NCBI RefSeq assembly: GCF_032444005.1
Contig: NC_091290.1
Span: forward strand, 156,488,001-156,552,000
Origin: Ranitomeya imitator
Lineage: Eukaryota
Reading direction: 5' to 3'
Length of the DNA stretch: 64,000 nucleotides
The number at the start of each line of letters is the position of its first letter. Position 1 is the stretch's first letter. Below the pieces are notes generated by a model. The model was not told the origin of the DNA. It did no database searches and was given only the letters and a program-made list of their open reading frames with translations. Made by a program: the position numbers and the translations under genes. This document shows positions 1 through 12,400 of the stretch, one piece after another.

Positions 1-350
1 TCCCCAGCCACGACCCTTCCCAGCCACGACCCTTCCCAGCCACGACCCTTCCCAGCCACGACCCTTCCCAGCCACGACCCTTCCCAGCCACGACCCTTCC
101 CAGCCACGACCCTTCCCAGCCACGACCCTTCCCAGCCACGACCCTTCCCAGCCACGACCCTTCCCAGCTACGACCCTTCCCAGCCACGACCCTGACACTT
201 CCCAGCCACGACTCTGACCCTTCCCAGCCACGACCCTGACCCTTCCCAGCAACCACGCTGACCCTTCCCAGCAACCACGCTGACCCTTCCCAGCAACCAC
301 GCTGACCCTTCCCAGCAACCACGCTGACCCTTCCCAGCCACGGCACTGAC
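1..350. repeat. 16/22-bp minisatellite, POLR2C intron 5
   Basis: cccagccacgaccctt and cccagcaaccacgctgaccctt units; continues past the window edge. Confidence 0.95.
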
Positions 351-479
351 CGGAATCACCCTGTGATTGTTGGAGATGAGGTCACGAGAGGTCACATGAC
401 GGGTCTGATCTTCATTGCACCGCACATCCAGAGTGAACTCCACCGAGCATTCAGCACAGAACTCGTCGCACGTACAGTC
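351..479 (-). CDS. POLR2C: POLR2C exon 5 (129 bp)
   Basis: [43 protein letters not shown]; acceptor cag|GAC, donor CCG|gtcagt. Confidence 0.96.
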
Positions 480-3400
480 CTGCAGGGACAAATCCCGAGA
501 GTAACAGCGGAAAGCGCGTGGGGAAAAGCACACAGAAAAGTACTGGAGGAGAGGAATCCCGGGGAAAAGATGGGAAAGCACAGAGCGAGGCAGAGAGGGA
601 ATGCATGGGACGAAGGGGCAGTCACAGGACACCCACCCTGGAGTACTGCAGCTTGTCCACAATGTCATCACTGGTCAGAGGTACGAGCCCTGTGGATGAA
701 ACCAACAGATGGGTCACCGGGGCCCAGGACACAATAATCGCAGCCCGTCGCCCACTCTCACTCACCAACTCTGTGTGCAATGAATTCATCATGGAGGACG
801 GAGGAGTTGGCGTCTATTTGCACCCAGTCGATGGCTGCAAGAAACATCAGATTAATGGTGGAACTACGCAATCCACTCTGATACGACACAGGTAAAGGCA
901 GGACGCTGCGCCCACGATGGACGGGACCCCACACTCACAGGTCACAGCAGATATCAGGACAGTGGCCCCAAGCAACTGAGGGAGGGGACACCACTACGAT
1001 TAAGGAGGCAGCCGTGCACCCCGAATATCACATGGAGGCTACTGAAAAATTTTGTCACTTGGTGTTTTGACACCAATTCTCCCAGGAGTTGGCGTGGCAC
1101 AGGGGTGCACCGGCACAGATCGTCTAATTCATGACAGGTTGTAGCAAAAATTATACTGAAAATCTTACTCCAAAACTCATCAGAGACCCATCATGTGCCA
1201 CAGCCCCACACAGCTAGCGCTAGGTCACATGACATCACTCACCAATCGTAGGCACCTCTGCGATAAACACACGGCGGATGGAGTTGGCGATCCTGCAAGA
1301 GATGGATAATAACATCACAAGGAGATAGGAGGCGTATAAATATATGGGACAGTCAGGAGATAAGTATGTGCCCCCCACCTCCAGGGGCTTCTGTGTCCTC
1401 ATCTACACCCATAGACATTAATATGGAGAAAAGTATGTGCCCCCCACATCCTCCTCCGGGGGCTTCACTGTCCTCATCTACATCCATAGACATTAATATG
1501 GAGAAAAGTATGTGCCCCCCACATCTACCTCCGGGGGCTTCACTGTCCTCATCTACATCCATAGACATTAATATGGAGAAAGTACGTGCCCCCCACATCC
1601 TCCTCCGGGGGCTTCTCTGTCCTCATCTACATCCATAGACATTAATATGGAGAAAGTATGTGCCCCCCACATCCTCCTCCGGGGGCTTCACTGTCCTCAT
1701 CTACATCCATAGACATTAATATGGAGAAAGTATGTGCCCCCCACATCCTCCTCCGGGGGCTTCACTGTCCTCATCTACATCCATAGACATTAATATGGAG
1801 ACAGTATGTGCCCCCCACATCCTCCTCCGGGGGCTTCACTGTCCTCATCTACATCCATAGACATTAATATGGAGAAAGTATGTGCCCCCCACATCCACCT
1901 CCGGGGGCTTCACTGTCCTCATCTACATCCATAGACATTAATATGGAGACAGTATGTGTCCCCCACATCCACCTCCGGGGGCTTCACTGTCCTCATCTAC
2001 ATCCATAGACATTAATATGGAGAAAGTACGTGCCCCCCACATCCACCTCCGGGGGCTTCACTGTCCTCATCTACATCTATAGACATTAATATAGAGACAG
2101 TGTGTGCCCCCCACATCCTCCTCCGGGGGCTTCACTGTCCTCATCTACATCCATAGACATTAATATGGAGAAAGTATGTGCCCCCCACATCCTCCTCCGG
2201 GGGCTTCTCTGTCCTCATCTACATCCATAGACATTAATATGGAGACAGTATGTGCCCCCCACATCCACCTCCGGGGGCTTCACTGTCCTCATCTACATCC
2301 ATAGACATTAATATGGAGAAAGTACGTGCCCCCCACATCCTCCTCCGGGGGCTTCTCTGTCCTCATCTACATCCATAGACATTAATATGGAGAAAGTACG
2401 TGCCCCCCACATCCTCCTCCGGGGGCTTCTCAGTTTCTTTGTCTCCGAAAGCAGAGAGGGAAAAACTATGCAAATAGATGAATCAAGTAATTGTACTTGA
2501 TCTCATCACCATTCTTCCCCTTATCTGTGATGCTGGACTGAAGGACACTTGTTACATGCCTCTGTATAGAGACCTTCCTTGTTGGATTCTGACACTGTCT
2601 CTCCTGCTGCCATTACCCATGATGGCTTACAATTCTCACATTCCCCGAGACCCACAAACAGACCTGGTGGTGGAGTTGGCATACTCCTGTCCCCACAATG
2701 CACTTTCCAGGTCATCCCCCCAGCTCCATCACTCTCATTCCCTTCTTTTGAGGTCCACACAATCAGGCTCTTCCGTCCCCTCTCCCTCAGAGTAGCGGTC
2801 ATATACCGGCCCCCAGGCTCACCCACCCACTTCCTGGACCATTTCTCTGCCTGGCTGCCGCACTTCATGTCCTCAGAACTCCCAGCCCTTATCCTGGGAG
2901 ACTTCAACATCCCCATAAACAGCCCCACTTCTACATCTGCATCCCAGCTTCTATCACTAACCACTTCGCTCAGCCTCTCACAGCTCTCAACCTCTGAAAC
3001 ACACAAAGACGGTAACACCCTGGACCTGGTCTTTGTCCAGATCTGTTCAATCTCCTACCTGAATAACTCACCGCTTCCCCTCTCTGACCACAACATTCTC
3101 TCCTTCATGTTCACAAATCCTCGCCCAACCCAGCACTCTCCTACCTACCACACATTCAGAAATCTACAAGCCATTAACCCTCATACACTTTCAGACTCCT
3201 TACACTCATCACAGTCCCCAATCTCCTCTTTTTCCTGTCCTGATCTGGCTGTACACCACTACAATGACACTCTTAGGCCAAGTTCACATTAGCGTTGTGC
3301 GGGGCAGCATCGGCGACGCATGCATCATGCACCCCTATATTTAACATGGGGGGCGCATAGACATGCGTTGTCTTGCGTTTTGTGACGCATGCGTCATTTT

Positions 3401-6400
3401 GGCGCAACTGTCAGGGCGCAGAGGACGCTGCATGATGCAGTTTTTTCTGCGCCACAAATCATGCAAAAATGACCGCATGCGTCACAAAAAGCTGCGTTTT
3501 GCATGCATTTTTGCATGCGTTGCGTCGCCGACGCAGCACCGCACAACGCTAATGTGAATGAAGCCTTAGAAGCAACCTTGACCAAGTTGCTCCCCTCACC
3601 CTCAGAACCTCCAAACACAGAGTGAAACAGACTCAGAAACCGTGCGGCACCAGGTTAGTAAATCTTCACAGGTTATTCAGGAAGCGAAGGAAGATAGACT
3701 TGAAACACTTTCCAGATTTAAGCAATCAGGGGTGGTGCACAAAAAATATATCAACAGTGGACCGGAGACTTCATTTGTTTCCCCGTACACTCTCCTGTTC
3801 ATTCCCTGCCGCCTCTCCATGTAAGCCTTAATGCTGTTCGCAGCGAATAAAGGACTTTAACTTCAGCATCGTTGAGGTGAGTGCCATATCATTTCTATGT
3901 TTTTACTACAGAGTGAAACAGCCCTGGCTCACATCGCAAACCCGATTTCTCCAGCGATGCTCTAGGAGTGCTGAACGCTTATGGAGGAAAACTCGCACAC
4001 CAGAAGACTTCATACACTTCAAATTTATGTTAAAAAGCTATAACTCTGCCCTTCATCTCGCCAAACAGACCTACTTCACCACCCTGATCTCCTCACTATC
4101 CAACAACCCCAAGAAACTTTTTGACACCTTTCACTCCCTCCTCAGGCCAAAAGCACAAGCCCCTAGCACAGACATTTGTGCTGATGACCTGGCCTCCCAC
4201 TTTAAAGAGAAAATAGATAGCATCTGTCAGGAAATCCGCTCCCAGACACCAAGTTCAGTGACTCCCATCCCTCCCTGCATCTCCCCTGGCTCACTCTCCA
4301 CATTCGATCCCATCACAGAAGAAGTCTCCAGGCTCCTCTCCTCTTCTCATCCGACTACATGCACTACTGACCCCATTCCCTCTCATCTCCTCCAGTCTCT
4401 CTGTCCAGTCGTCACAACTCACCTAACTACAATCTTTAATCTCTCCATCTCCTCTGGCATTTTCCCCTCCTCCTTCAAACACTTTATCATAACTCCATTA
4501 CTAAAGAAACCCACCCTCGACCCATCCTGCACAAACAACTACAGACCAGTCTCCGATCTCCCCTTCATCTCTAAACTCTTGTAGCGCCTGATATACTCCC
4601 GCCTTACCCGTTACCTCTCCACTCACTCCCTCCTAGACCCTTCACAGTCCGGCTTCCGCCCCCTACATTCGACAGAAAATGCACTCATCAAAGTGACCAA
4701 CGACCTGACAGCAAAATGTTATGGTGACCACTCTCTGCTCATTCTCCTCGACCTTTCTGCAGCTTTCGACACTGTTGACCAACCTCTCCTACTCTCTAGG
4801 CTCCAGTCACTTGGCATTAAGGACACTGCTCTCTCCTGGTTCTCCTCCTATCTTTCTGACCGCTCCTTCATTGTTCTGTTCTCTGGCTCCACTTCATCTC
4901 CTCTTCCTCTCACTGTCGGGGTACCTCAAGGCTCAGTCCTTGGCCCCCTTCTCTTCTCCCTCTACACGGCCCCAATTGGACAGACCATCAGCAGATTTGG
5001 CTTTCAGTACCATCTTTATGCCGACGACACACAACTATACACGTCATCCCGTGACCTTACCCCCGCTATACTACAGAACGCCACTGACTGTCCGCAGTCT
5101 CTGACATCATGTCCGCTCTCTATCTGAAACTCAACCTCTCCAAAACTGAACTTCTTCTGCTCCCGCCTTCTACTAACCTCCCTAAATCTGACATTTCCCT
5201 CTCTGTGGGTGGCACCATAATAACACCCCGGCAGCAGGCGCGCTGTCTGGGTGTTATGTTTGACTCCGATCTCTCCTTCACCTCCCATATACAATCTCCT
5301 GCCGGCTCATGCCGCTTACACCTAAAGAACATCTGTCACGATATTGTATGAAATATAATATGATGTTGTAGCTTTGTCCTTCAGCTCATGCTGGGGGATA
5401 ACCCCCTCCCCCTTCTCTCTCTGGCTCTCTTTGTCTCTTTGTGTTGGAATATATCGGGGAAGAGAGTTTTATTGCCCGGGCCATAAATTCCAGGCTCCAC
5501 GAAAGTTACTCGCCCCCTCCCAACTGCACTAGCTGGAACTGGTAAAAATGGCTCCAAAATCCATGGAAGTCCTTTGTTCCATTATTGTAAGATATTGGGC
5601 CAACGATGTAGGCTAGAAAAAGGAAAATACATATGGTTAACATTCATCGGCCGTTCTGTCAATCACACTAAACATGAGCTTCTAACTCCATCAGGTAAGA
5701 AGTAGGGATTTCTCTGTAATTATGCATCACACATAGGACATATTTGATCTCATTAGAATGCCAATGTTAATACGACATGAATGCTGGGTTTCTTATGACT
5801 ATGACATGTTCAGTAGTGGAGTTACAGGCATTAGACAAATTTAGGTTAAATCTAGTAAGACTGAAGAGGTAGGACGGACGGAGTAAACCAACCCCTTTCT
5901 GTGATGTCACAGGCTGCAGCTATAAGTTTTTTGGCCAGACCCCAGCAGTGAGTCTGCTGCTGGAGCCTATGTGAGCCTGACGTGAAGAGCTGTCCCTAAC
6001 CAGTCCTAATGCATTGGGACATATGGACCTAGCCTGGTTGCCTCACATGATCTGAACACATTTAAGTGTTATTTCTCATTTAACCCCTGTTCTTTTTAGG
6101 ATTACCTTGTACATATTTACAATTGTCTCATATTATAACATCTTTATATGACTTATTTTATAAACACTGCCTGAAACCGTTGACGGAGTATAATGTGTAA
6201 TACTAGTTTTCGTTCTTCCTGCTCTAAAACGTACCCTGTCTCCTGAAGGGAATGACGCTACTGTTTTGGGTTAGCTTCGGACCCGTTTAATCGAAGCTGG
6301 TGGCAGCTTACCGTGTTCCGGCCTCTGGGTGTTGTTGTAGCGACTGCGGCGTTGCTAATTATTGTTCCTGCCTGAGTGGGAGTAGTTCATCGCGTCACTG

Positions 6401-9400
6401 CAGCGTGCCCAATAGCCAGTACATAGCAGGCAGCCTTTCTGGCGACTAATTACCCTAGGTGCAGTACCTAATCTGACCTGAGAGTAAGGGGGTGCCAGAG
6501 AGCTGCAAGTGTTAAGTGGAACTGTAAGCGGGATATACATAAATCCCTGCAGTTTGTGGTATATTGAAGAGCAGTGGGATACCTAGTATAAGCCCCTGCT
6601 GTAAACTAAGAGGTCAATAGCCTTGTGTGTGTTTTTTTATCACATTGTGGAGTGGAGGGAAAACTAAGATAAGCCCCCTGCACATGTGATAGCTGTCTGT
6701 TGGCCTAAAGTCACCCCGACCCGTGACGTGGGGGTGACGGTCACGGTATGAATCGTGACAACATTTCTAGAATCCGCCCTTTTCTCACCATGGAAACAAC
6801 AAAAACCCTCACTATTGACCTGATCCACTCCCGCCTGGACTACTGTAACGCTCTATTAATTGGCCTCCCCCTCACTCGACTTTCCCCTCTCCAGTCCATC
6901 CTTAATGCAGCACCAGGGTCGTCCATCTGGCTAATTGTTACTCGGACGCGTCCGCTCTTCGCCAGTCGTTACACTGGCTGCCCATTCATTACAGGATACA
7001 ATTCAAAGTACTTGTTCTCACCCACAAAGCTCTCCACAGTGCGGCACCCCCTTACATCTCCTCCCTCATTTCTGTCTATCGGCCTAACAGACCACTGCGC
7101 TCTGCAAATGACTTTCGACTAACCTCTGCACTAATCCGTGCCTCCCACTCCCGACTCCCAACACTTCTCCCATGCTGCGCCAATCCTCTGGAATGCTCTA
7201 CCCCAAGATATTAGGACCATCCACAATTTGCATCATTTTAGGCGCTCCCTCAAAACACATTTGTTCAGAGCGGCCTATCATGTTCTCTAATCAGTCATTT
7301 TATGTTTGTGTAGCCCATTCACTATCTCCATCTATCCTTCGCCCCCTGAAGATGGCTGGACCATCATTGTAAATTCATCATTGTAAATACACACCTGTAC
7401 TTTGTATCTCCCCCACCTCATTGTAGATTGTAAGCTCTCACCAGCAGGGGCGGCTTATTTCGCTTTAATTACTGTATTGTTAACGTTGTTACTTATGACT
7501 GTTGTGTTTGAAACTGTTAAACTGTAAAGCGCTGCGGAATATGTTGGCGCTATATAAATAAAGATTATTATTATTGTGCCTCTCTGACTGTAGGTTACGG
7601 GACTTGTGAGCCTCTTGTGGGAGCCGCGGGTCCTCTTCATCTCAGGGGGCTCCTCACCGCAGAGGACGGCACGCTCCACCCGGTCTATACACCACAGAGG
7701 ACAGCACGCTCCACCCGGTCTATACACCACAGAGGACAGCACGCTCCACCCGGTCTATACACCACAGAGGACGGCACGCTCCAACCGGTCTATACACCAC
7801 AGAGGACGGCACGCTCCACCCGGTCTATACACCACAGAGGACGGCACGCTCCAACCGGTCTATACACCACAGAGGACGGCACGCTCCACCCGGTCTATAC
7901 ACCACAGAGGACGGCACGCTCCACCCGGTCTATACACCACAGAGGACGGCACGCTCCACCCGGTCTATACACCACAGAGGACGGCACGCTCCAACCGGTC
8001 TATACACCACAGAGGACGGCACGCTCCACCCGGTCTATACACCACAGAGGACAGCACGCTCCACCCGGTCTATACACCACAGAGGACGGCACGCTCCAAC
8101 CGGTCTATACACCACAGAGGACGGCACGCTCCACCCGGTCTATACACCACAGAGGACGGCACGCTCCACCCGGTCTATACACCACAGAGGACGGCACGCT
8201 CCACCCGGTCTATACACCACAGAGGACGGCACGCTCCAACCGGTCTATACACCACAGAGGACAGCACGCTCCACCCGGTCTATACACCACAGAGGACGGC
8301 ACGCTCCACCCGGTCTATACACCACAGAGGACGGCACGCTCCAACCGGTCTATACACCACAGAGGACGGCACGCTCCACCCGGTCTATACACCACAGAGG
8401 ACGGCACGCTCCGCCCGATCTATACACCACAGAGGACGGCACGCTCCGCCCGCTCTATACACCACAGAGGACGGCACGCTCCGCCCGATCTATACACCAC
8501 AGAGGACGGCACGCTCCGCCCGCTCTATACACCACAGAGGACGGCACGCTCCACCCGGTCTATACACCACAGAGGACGGCACGCTCCAACCGGTCTATAC
8601 ACCACAGAGGACGGCACGCTCCACCCGGTCTATACACCACAGAGGACGGCACGCTCCACCCGGTCTATACACCACAGAGGACGGCACGCTCCACCCGGTC
8701 TATACACCACAGAGGACGGCACGCTCCAACCGGTCTATACACCACAGAGGACAGCACGCTCCACCCGGTCTATACACCACAGAGGACAGCACGCTCCACC
8801 CGGTCTATACACCACAGAGGACGGCACGCTCCACCCGGTCTATACACCACAGAGGACGGCACGCTCCACCCGGTCTATACACCACAGAGGACGGCACGCT
8901 CCAACCGGTCTATACACCACAGAGGACAGCACGCTCCACCCGGTCTATACACCACAGAGGACGGCACGCTCCAAATGGTCTATACACCACAGAGGACGGC
9001 ACGCTCCAACCGGTCTATACACCACAGAGGACGGCACGCTCCACCCGGTCTATACACCACAGAGGACGGCACGCTCCACCCGGTCTATACACCACAGAGG
9101 ACGGCACGCTCCACCCGGTCTATACACCACAGAGGACGGCACGCTCCAACCGGTCTATACACCACAGAGGACGGCACGCTCCACCCGGTCTATACACCAC
9201 AGAGGACGGCACGCTCCGCCCGGTCTATACACCACAGAGGACGGCACGCTCCGCCCGATCTATACACCACAGAGGACGGCACGCTCCGCCCGCTCTATAC
9301 ACCAGAGGACGGCACGCTCCACCCGGTCTATACACCACAGAGGACGGCACGCTCCACCCGGTCTATACACCACAGAGGACGGCACGCTCCAAATGGTCTA

Positions 9401-12400
9401 TACACCACAGAGGACGGCACGCTCCAACCGGTCTATACACCACAGAGGACGGCACGCTCCACCCGGTCTATACACCACAGAGGACGGCACGCTCCACCCG
9501 GTCTATACACCACAGAGGACGGCACGCTCCACCCGGTCTATACACCACAGAGGACGGCACACTCCAACCGGTCTATACACCACAGAGGACGGCACGCTCC
9601 GCCCGGTCTATACACCACAGAGGACGGCACGCTCCGCCCGGTCTATACACCACAGAGGACGGCACGCTCCGCCCGGTCTATACACCACAGAGGACGGCAC
9701 GCTCTGCCCGGTCTATACACCACAGAGGACGGCACGCTCCGCCCGATCTATACACCACAGAGGACGGCACGCTCCGCCCGATCTATACACCACAGAGGAC
9801 GGCACGCTCCGCCCGCTCTATACACCACAGAGGACGGCACGCTCCACCCGGTCTATACACCAGAGGACGGCACGCTCCACCCGGTCTATACACCACAGAG
9901 GACGGCACGCTCCACCCGGTCTATACACCACAGAGGATGGCACGCTCCACCCGGTCTATACACCACAGAGGACGGCACACTCCAACCGGTCTATACACCA
10001 CAGAGGACGGCACGCTCCGCCCGGTCTATACACCACAGAGGACGGCACGCTCCGCCCGGTCTATACACCACAGAGGACGGCACGCTCCGCCCGGTCTATA
10101 CACCACAGAGGACGGCACGCTCTGCCCGGTCTATACACCACAGAGGACGGCACGCTCTGCCCGATCTATACACCACAGAGGACGGCACGCTCCGCCCGAT
10201 CTATACACCACAGAGGACGGCACGCTCCGCCCGCTCTATACACCACAGAGGACGGCACGCTCCACCCGGTCTATACACCAGAGGACGGCACGCTCCACCC
10301 GGTCTATACACCACAGAGGACGGCACGCTCCACCCGGTCTATACACCACAGAGGACGGCACGCTCCACATGGTCTATACACCAGAGGACGGCACGCTCAA
10401 CCCGGTCTATACACCACAGAGGACGGCACGCTCCACCCGGTCTATACACCACAGAGGATGGCACGCTCCGCCCGGTCTATACACCACAGAGGACGGCACG
10501 CTCCACCCGGTCTCAGTTAACGCTTGCATATGGGCGGGCTGGGCCGGTTGGCAGAGGGGCAAGGGCCCCCCAGGCTGGTCCCTCCAAAGCAGTTGCGGGC
10601 CGGTTACTCCAGCAGCAGTTGCGGGACGCCCGGCCCTTTGCTGCCTAGAACATGGCTAGTGACACTGTACATTAACGTGTACAAATGCCGGGCCGGCCAT
10701 CCCTGTTTTGTAGACATGCCCACACTGCACACTGTGTGGGCGTGTCTTATGCTCTCACCTCAGCAGCTCGCTGGCCTGGATGCTCCCTCGGTAGCCGGAC
10801 AGCAGCGTCAGAGGTCAGCAGGGGCCAGGGAAGAGGTCAGCAGGGGCCAGGGAAGGGGTCAGCAGGGGCCAGGGAAGAGGTCAGCAGGGGCCAGGTTAGA
10901 GGTCAGCAGGGGCCAGGGAAGGGGTCAGCAGGGGCCAGGGAAGAGGTCAGCAGGGGCCAGGGAAGAGGTCAGCAGGGGCCAGGGAAGAGGTCAGCAGGGG
11001 CCAGGGAAGAGGTCAGCAGGGGCCAGGGAAGAGGTCAGGGACAGGGTCGGATCCTGCTTTGGAGGCTCTGAGGCACGGTGGGAGGATTTATTGCACCAGT
11101 TTGAACATTCATGCAGCTTAGGTCACGCTGTCAGTGGGAGTCATCGGCTCCAACATCACACGATCTTCAGGAAAGTGCAAGCTGCAGCAATAACAATCAA
11201 GTCAGGCTCAGGCCCCAATATACAGAGTTATCCTGCAGTGACTGCTCCTGAGCCTGGCTCCAGAACATTATAGATCATATAGAATTCCATATTATAATGT
11301 GAGGTCTGCAGCCAGGTCCAGGTGTGATCAGTCCAGTGCATAGATCACTGTAGGCATGTGCTCATAGTATAGGACATTAGTACACAGATTAGTGTATGAC
11401 TGATAAGTAATATACCAGTGGTGGTGAACCTATGGCACGCGCGCCATCTCCTCAGCACTATCGCTCATCCCTCATCACTAGCGCCGCGGCCACTCTCCTC
11501 TGCTCCTAACTCTCCCATCAGGCCGTTCCATCAGTCTGCGCATGTGCTGAGGATGGAGATCTCACACAGGCTGAGAAGAGTGGTGGCGGCACTATTGCCG
11601 AGATGGCGCACGTGCCCACAGGTAGGACTTATAGATGAAGAGACCAGATCAGCATTGGAATGGGCAGAGGTGAGTATTTTTTTTTTAGTGTGAGGCATTA
11701 TACTGTATGAAACATCATGTGGGGCCATTATACAGTCATGGCCAAAAGTTTTGAGAATGACACCAAAATTCTATTGTCACATGATCTGCTGCCCTCTGGT
11801 TTTTATTAGTGTTTGTCTGATGTTTATATCACATACAGAAATATAATTGCAATCATATTATGAGTACCAATAGGTTATATTGACAGTTAGAATGAGTTAA
11901 TGCAGCAAGTCAATATTTGCAGTGTTGACCCTTCTTCTTCAAGACCTCTGCAATTCTCCCTGGCATGCTCTCGATCAACTTCTGGACTAAATCCTGACTG
12001 ATAGCCGTCCATTCTTGCATAATCAATGCTTGCATTTTGCCAGAATTTGTTGGTTTTTGTTTGTCCACCCGTCTCTTGATGATTGACCACAAGTTCTCAA
12101 TGGGATTAAGATCTGGGAGTTTCCAGGCCATGGACCCAAAATCTCTATGTTTTGTTCCATGAGCCATTTAGTTATCACCTTTGCTTTATGGCAAGGTGCT
12201 CCATCATGCTGGAAAAGGCATTGTTGGGCGCCAAACTGCTCTTGGACGGTTGGGAGAAGTTGCTCTTGGAGGACATTCTGGTACCATTCTTTATTCATGG
12301 CTGTGTTTTTAGGCCGATTCCCTTGGCTGAGAAGCAACCCCACACATGAATGGTTTCAGGATGCTTTACAGTTGGCATGAGACAAGACTGGTGGTAGCGC

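Larger units (their letters stand above)
2588..7575 (+). mobile_element. L2/CR1-clade LINE, 5'-truncated ORF2 (EN + RT) with 3' tail, split by three nested insertions
   Basis: EN motifs [22 protein letters not shown]; RT motifs [30 protein letters not shown]; C-terminal SRLDYCN; tail gtaaagcgctgcggaatatgttggcgctatataaataaagattattattatt. Inactivated by TAG at 4582 and frameshifts near 5095 and 6912. Confidence 0.93.

Noticed and set aside
1035-1190. Possible intronic snoRNA/snRNA in POLR2C intron 2 (CUGAUGA and two AAUUUUU motifs on the gene strand)
   Set aside because: No box D with terminal stem, no GAAA to complete a hammerhead, and no match to any snRNA I remember; a covariance-model search would be needed.
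7606-10659. Three overlapping plus-strand ORFs of 557-1017 aa
   Set aside because: They translate a 35-bp unit that has no stop in any plus frame, so all three frames give the same permuted 35-aa repeat. The region is intronic and antisense to POLR2C, with no splice or domain evidence.
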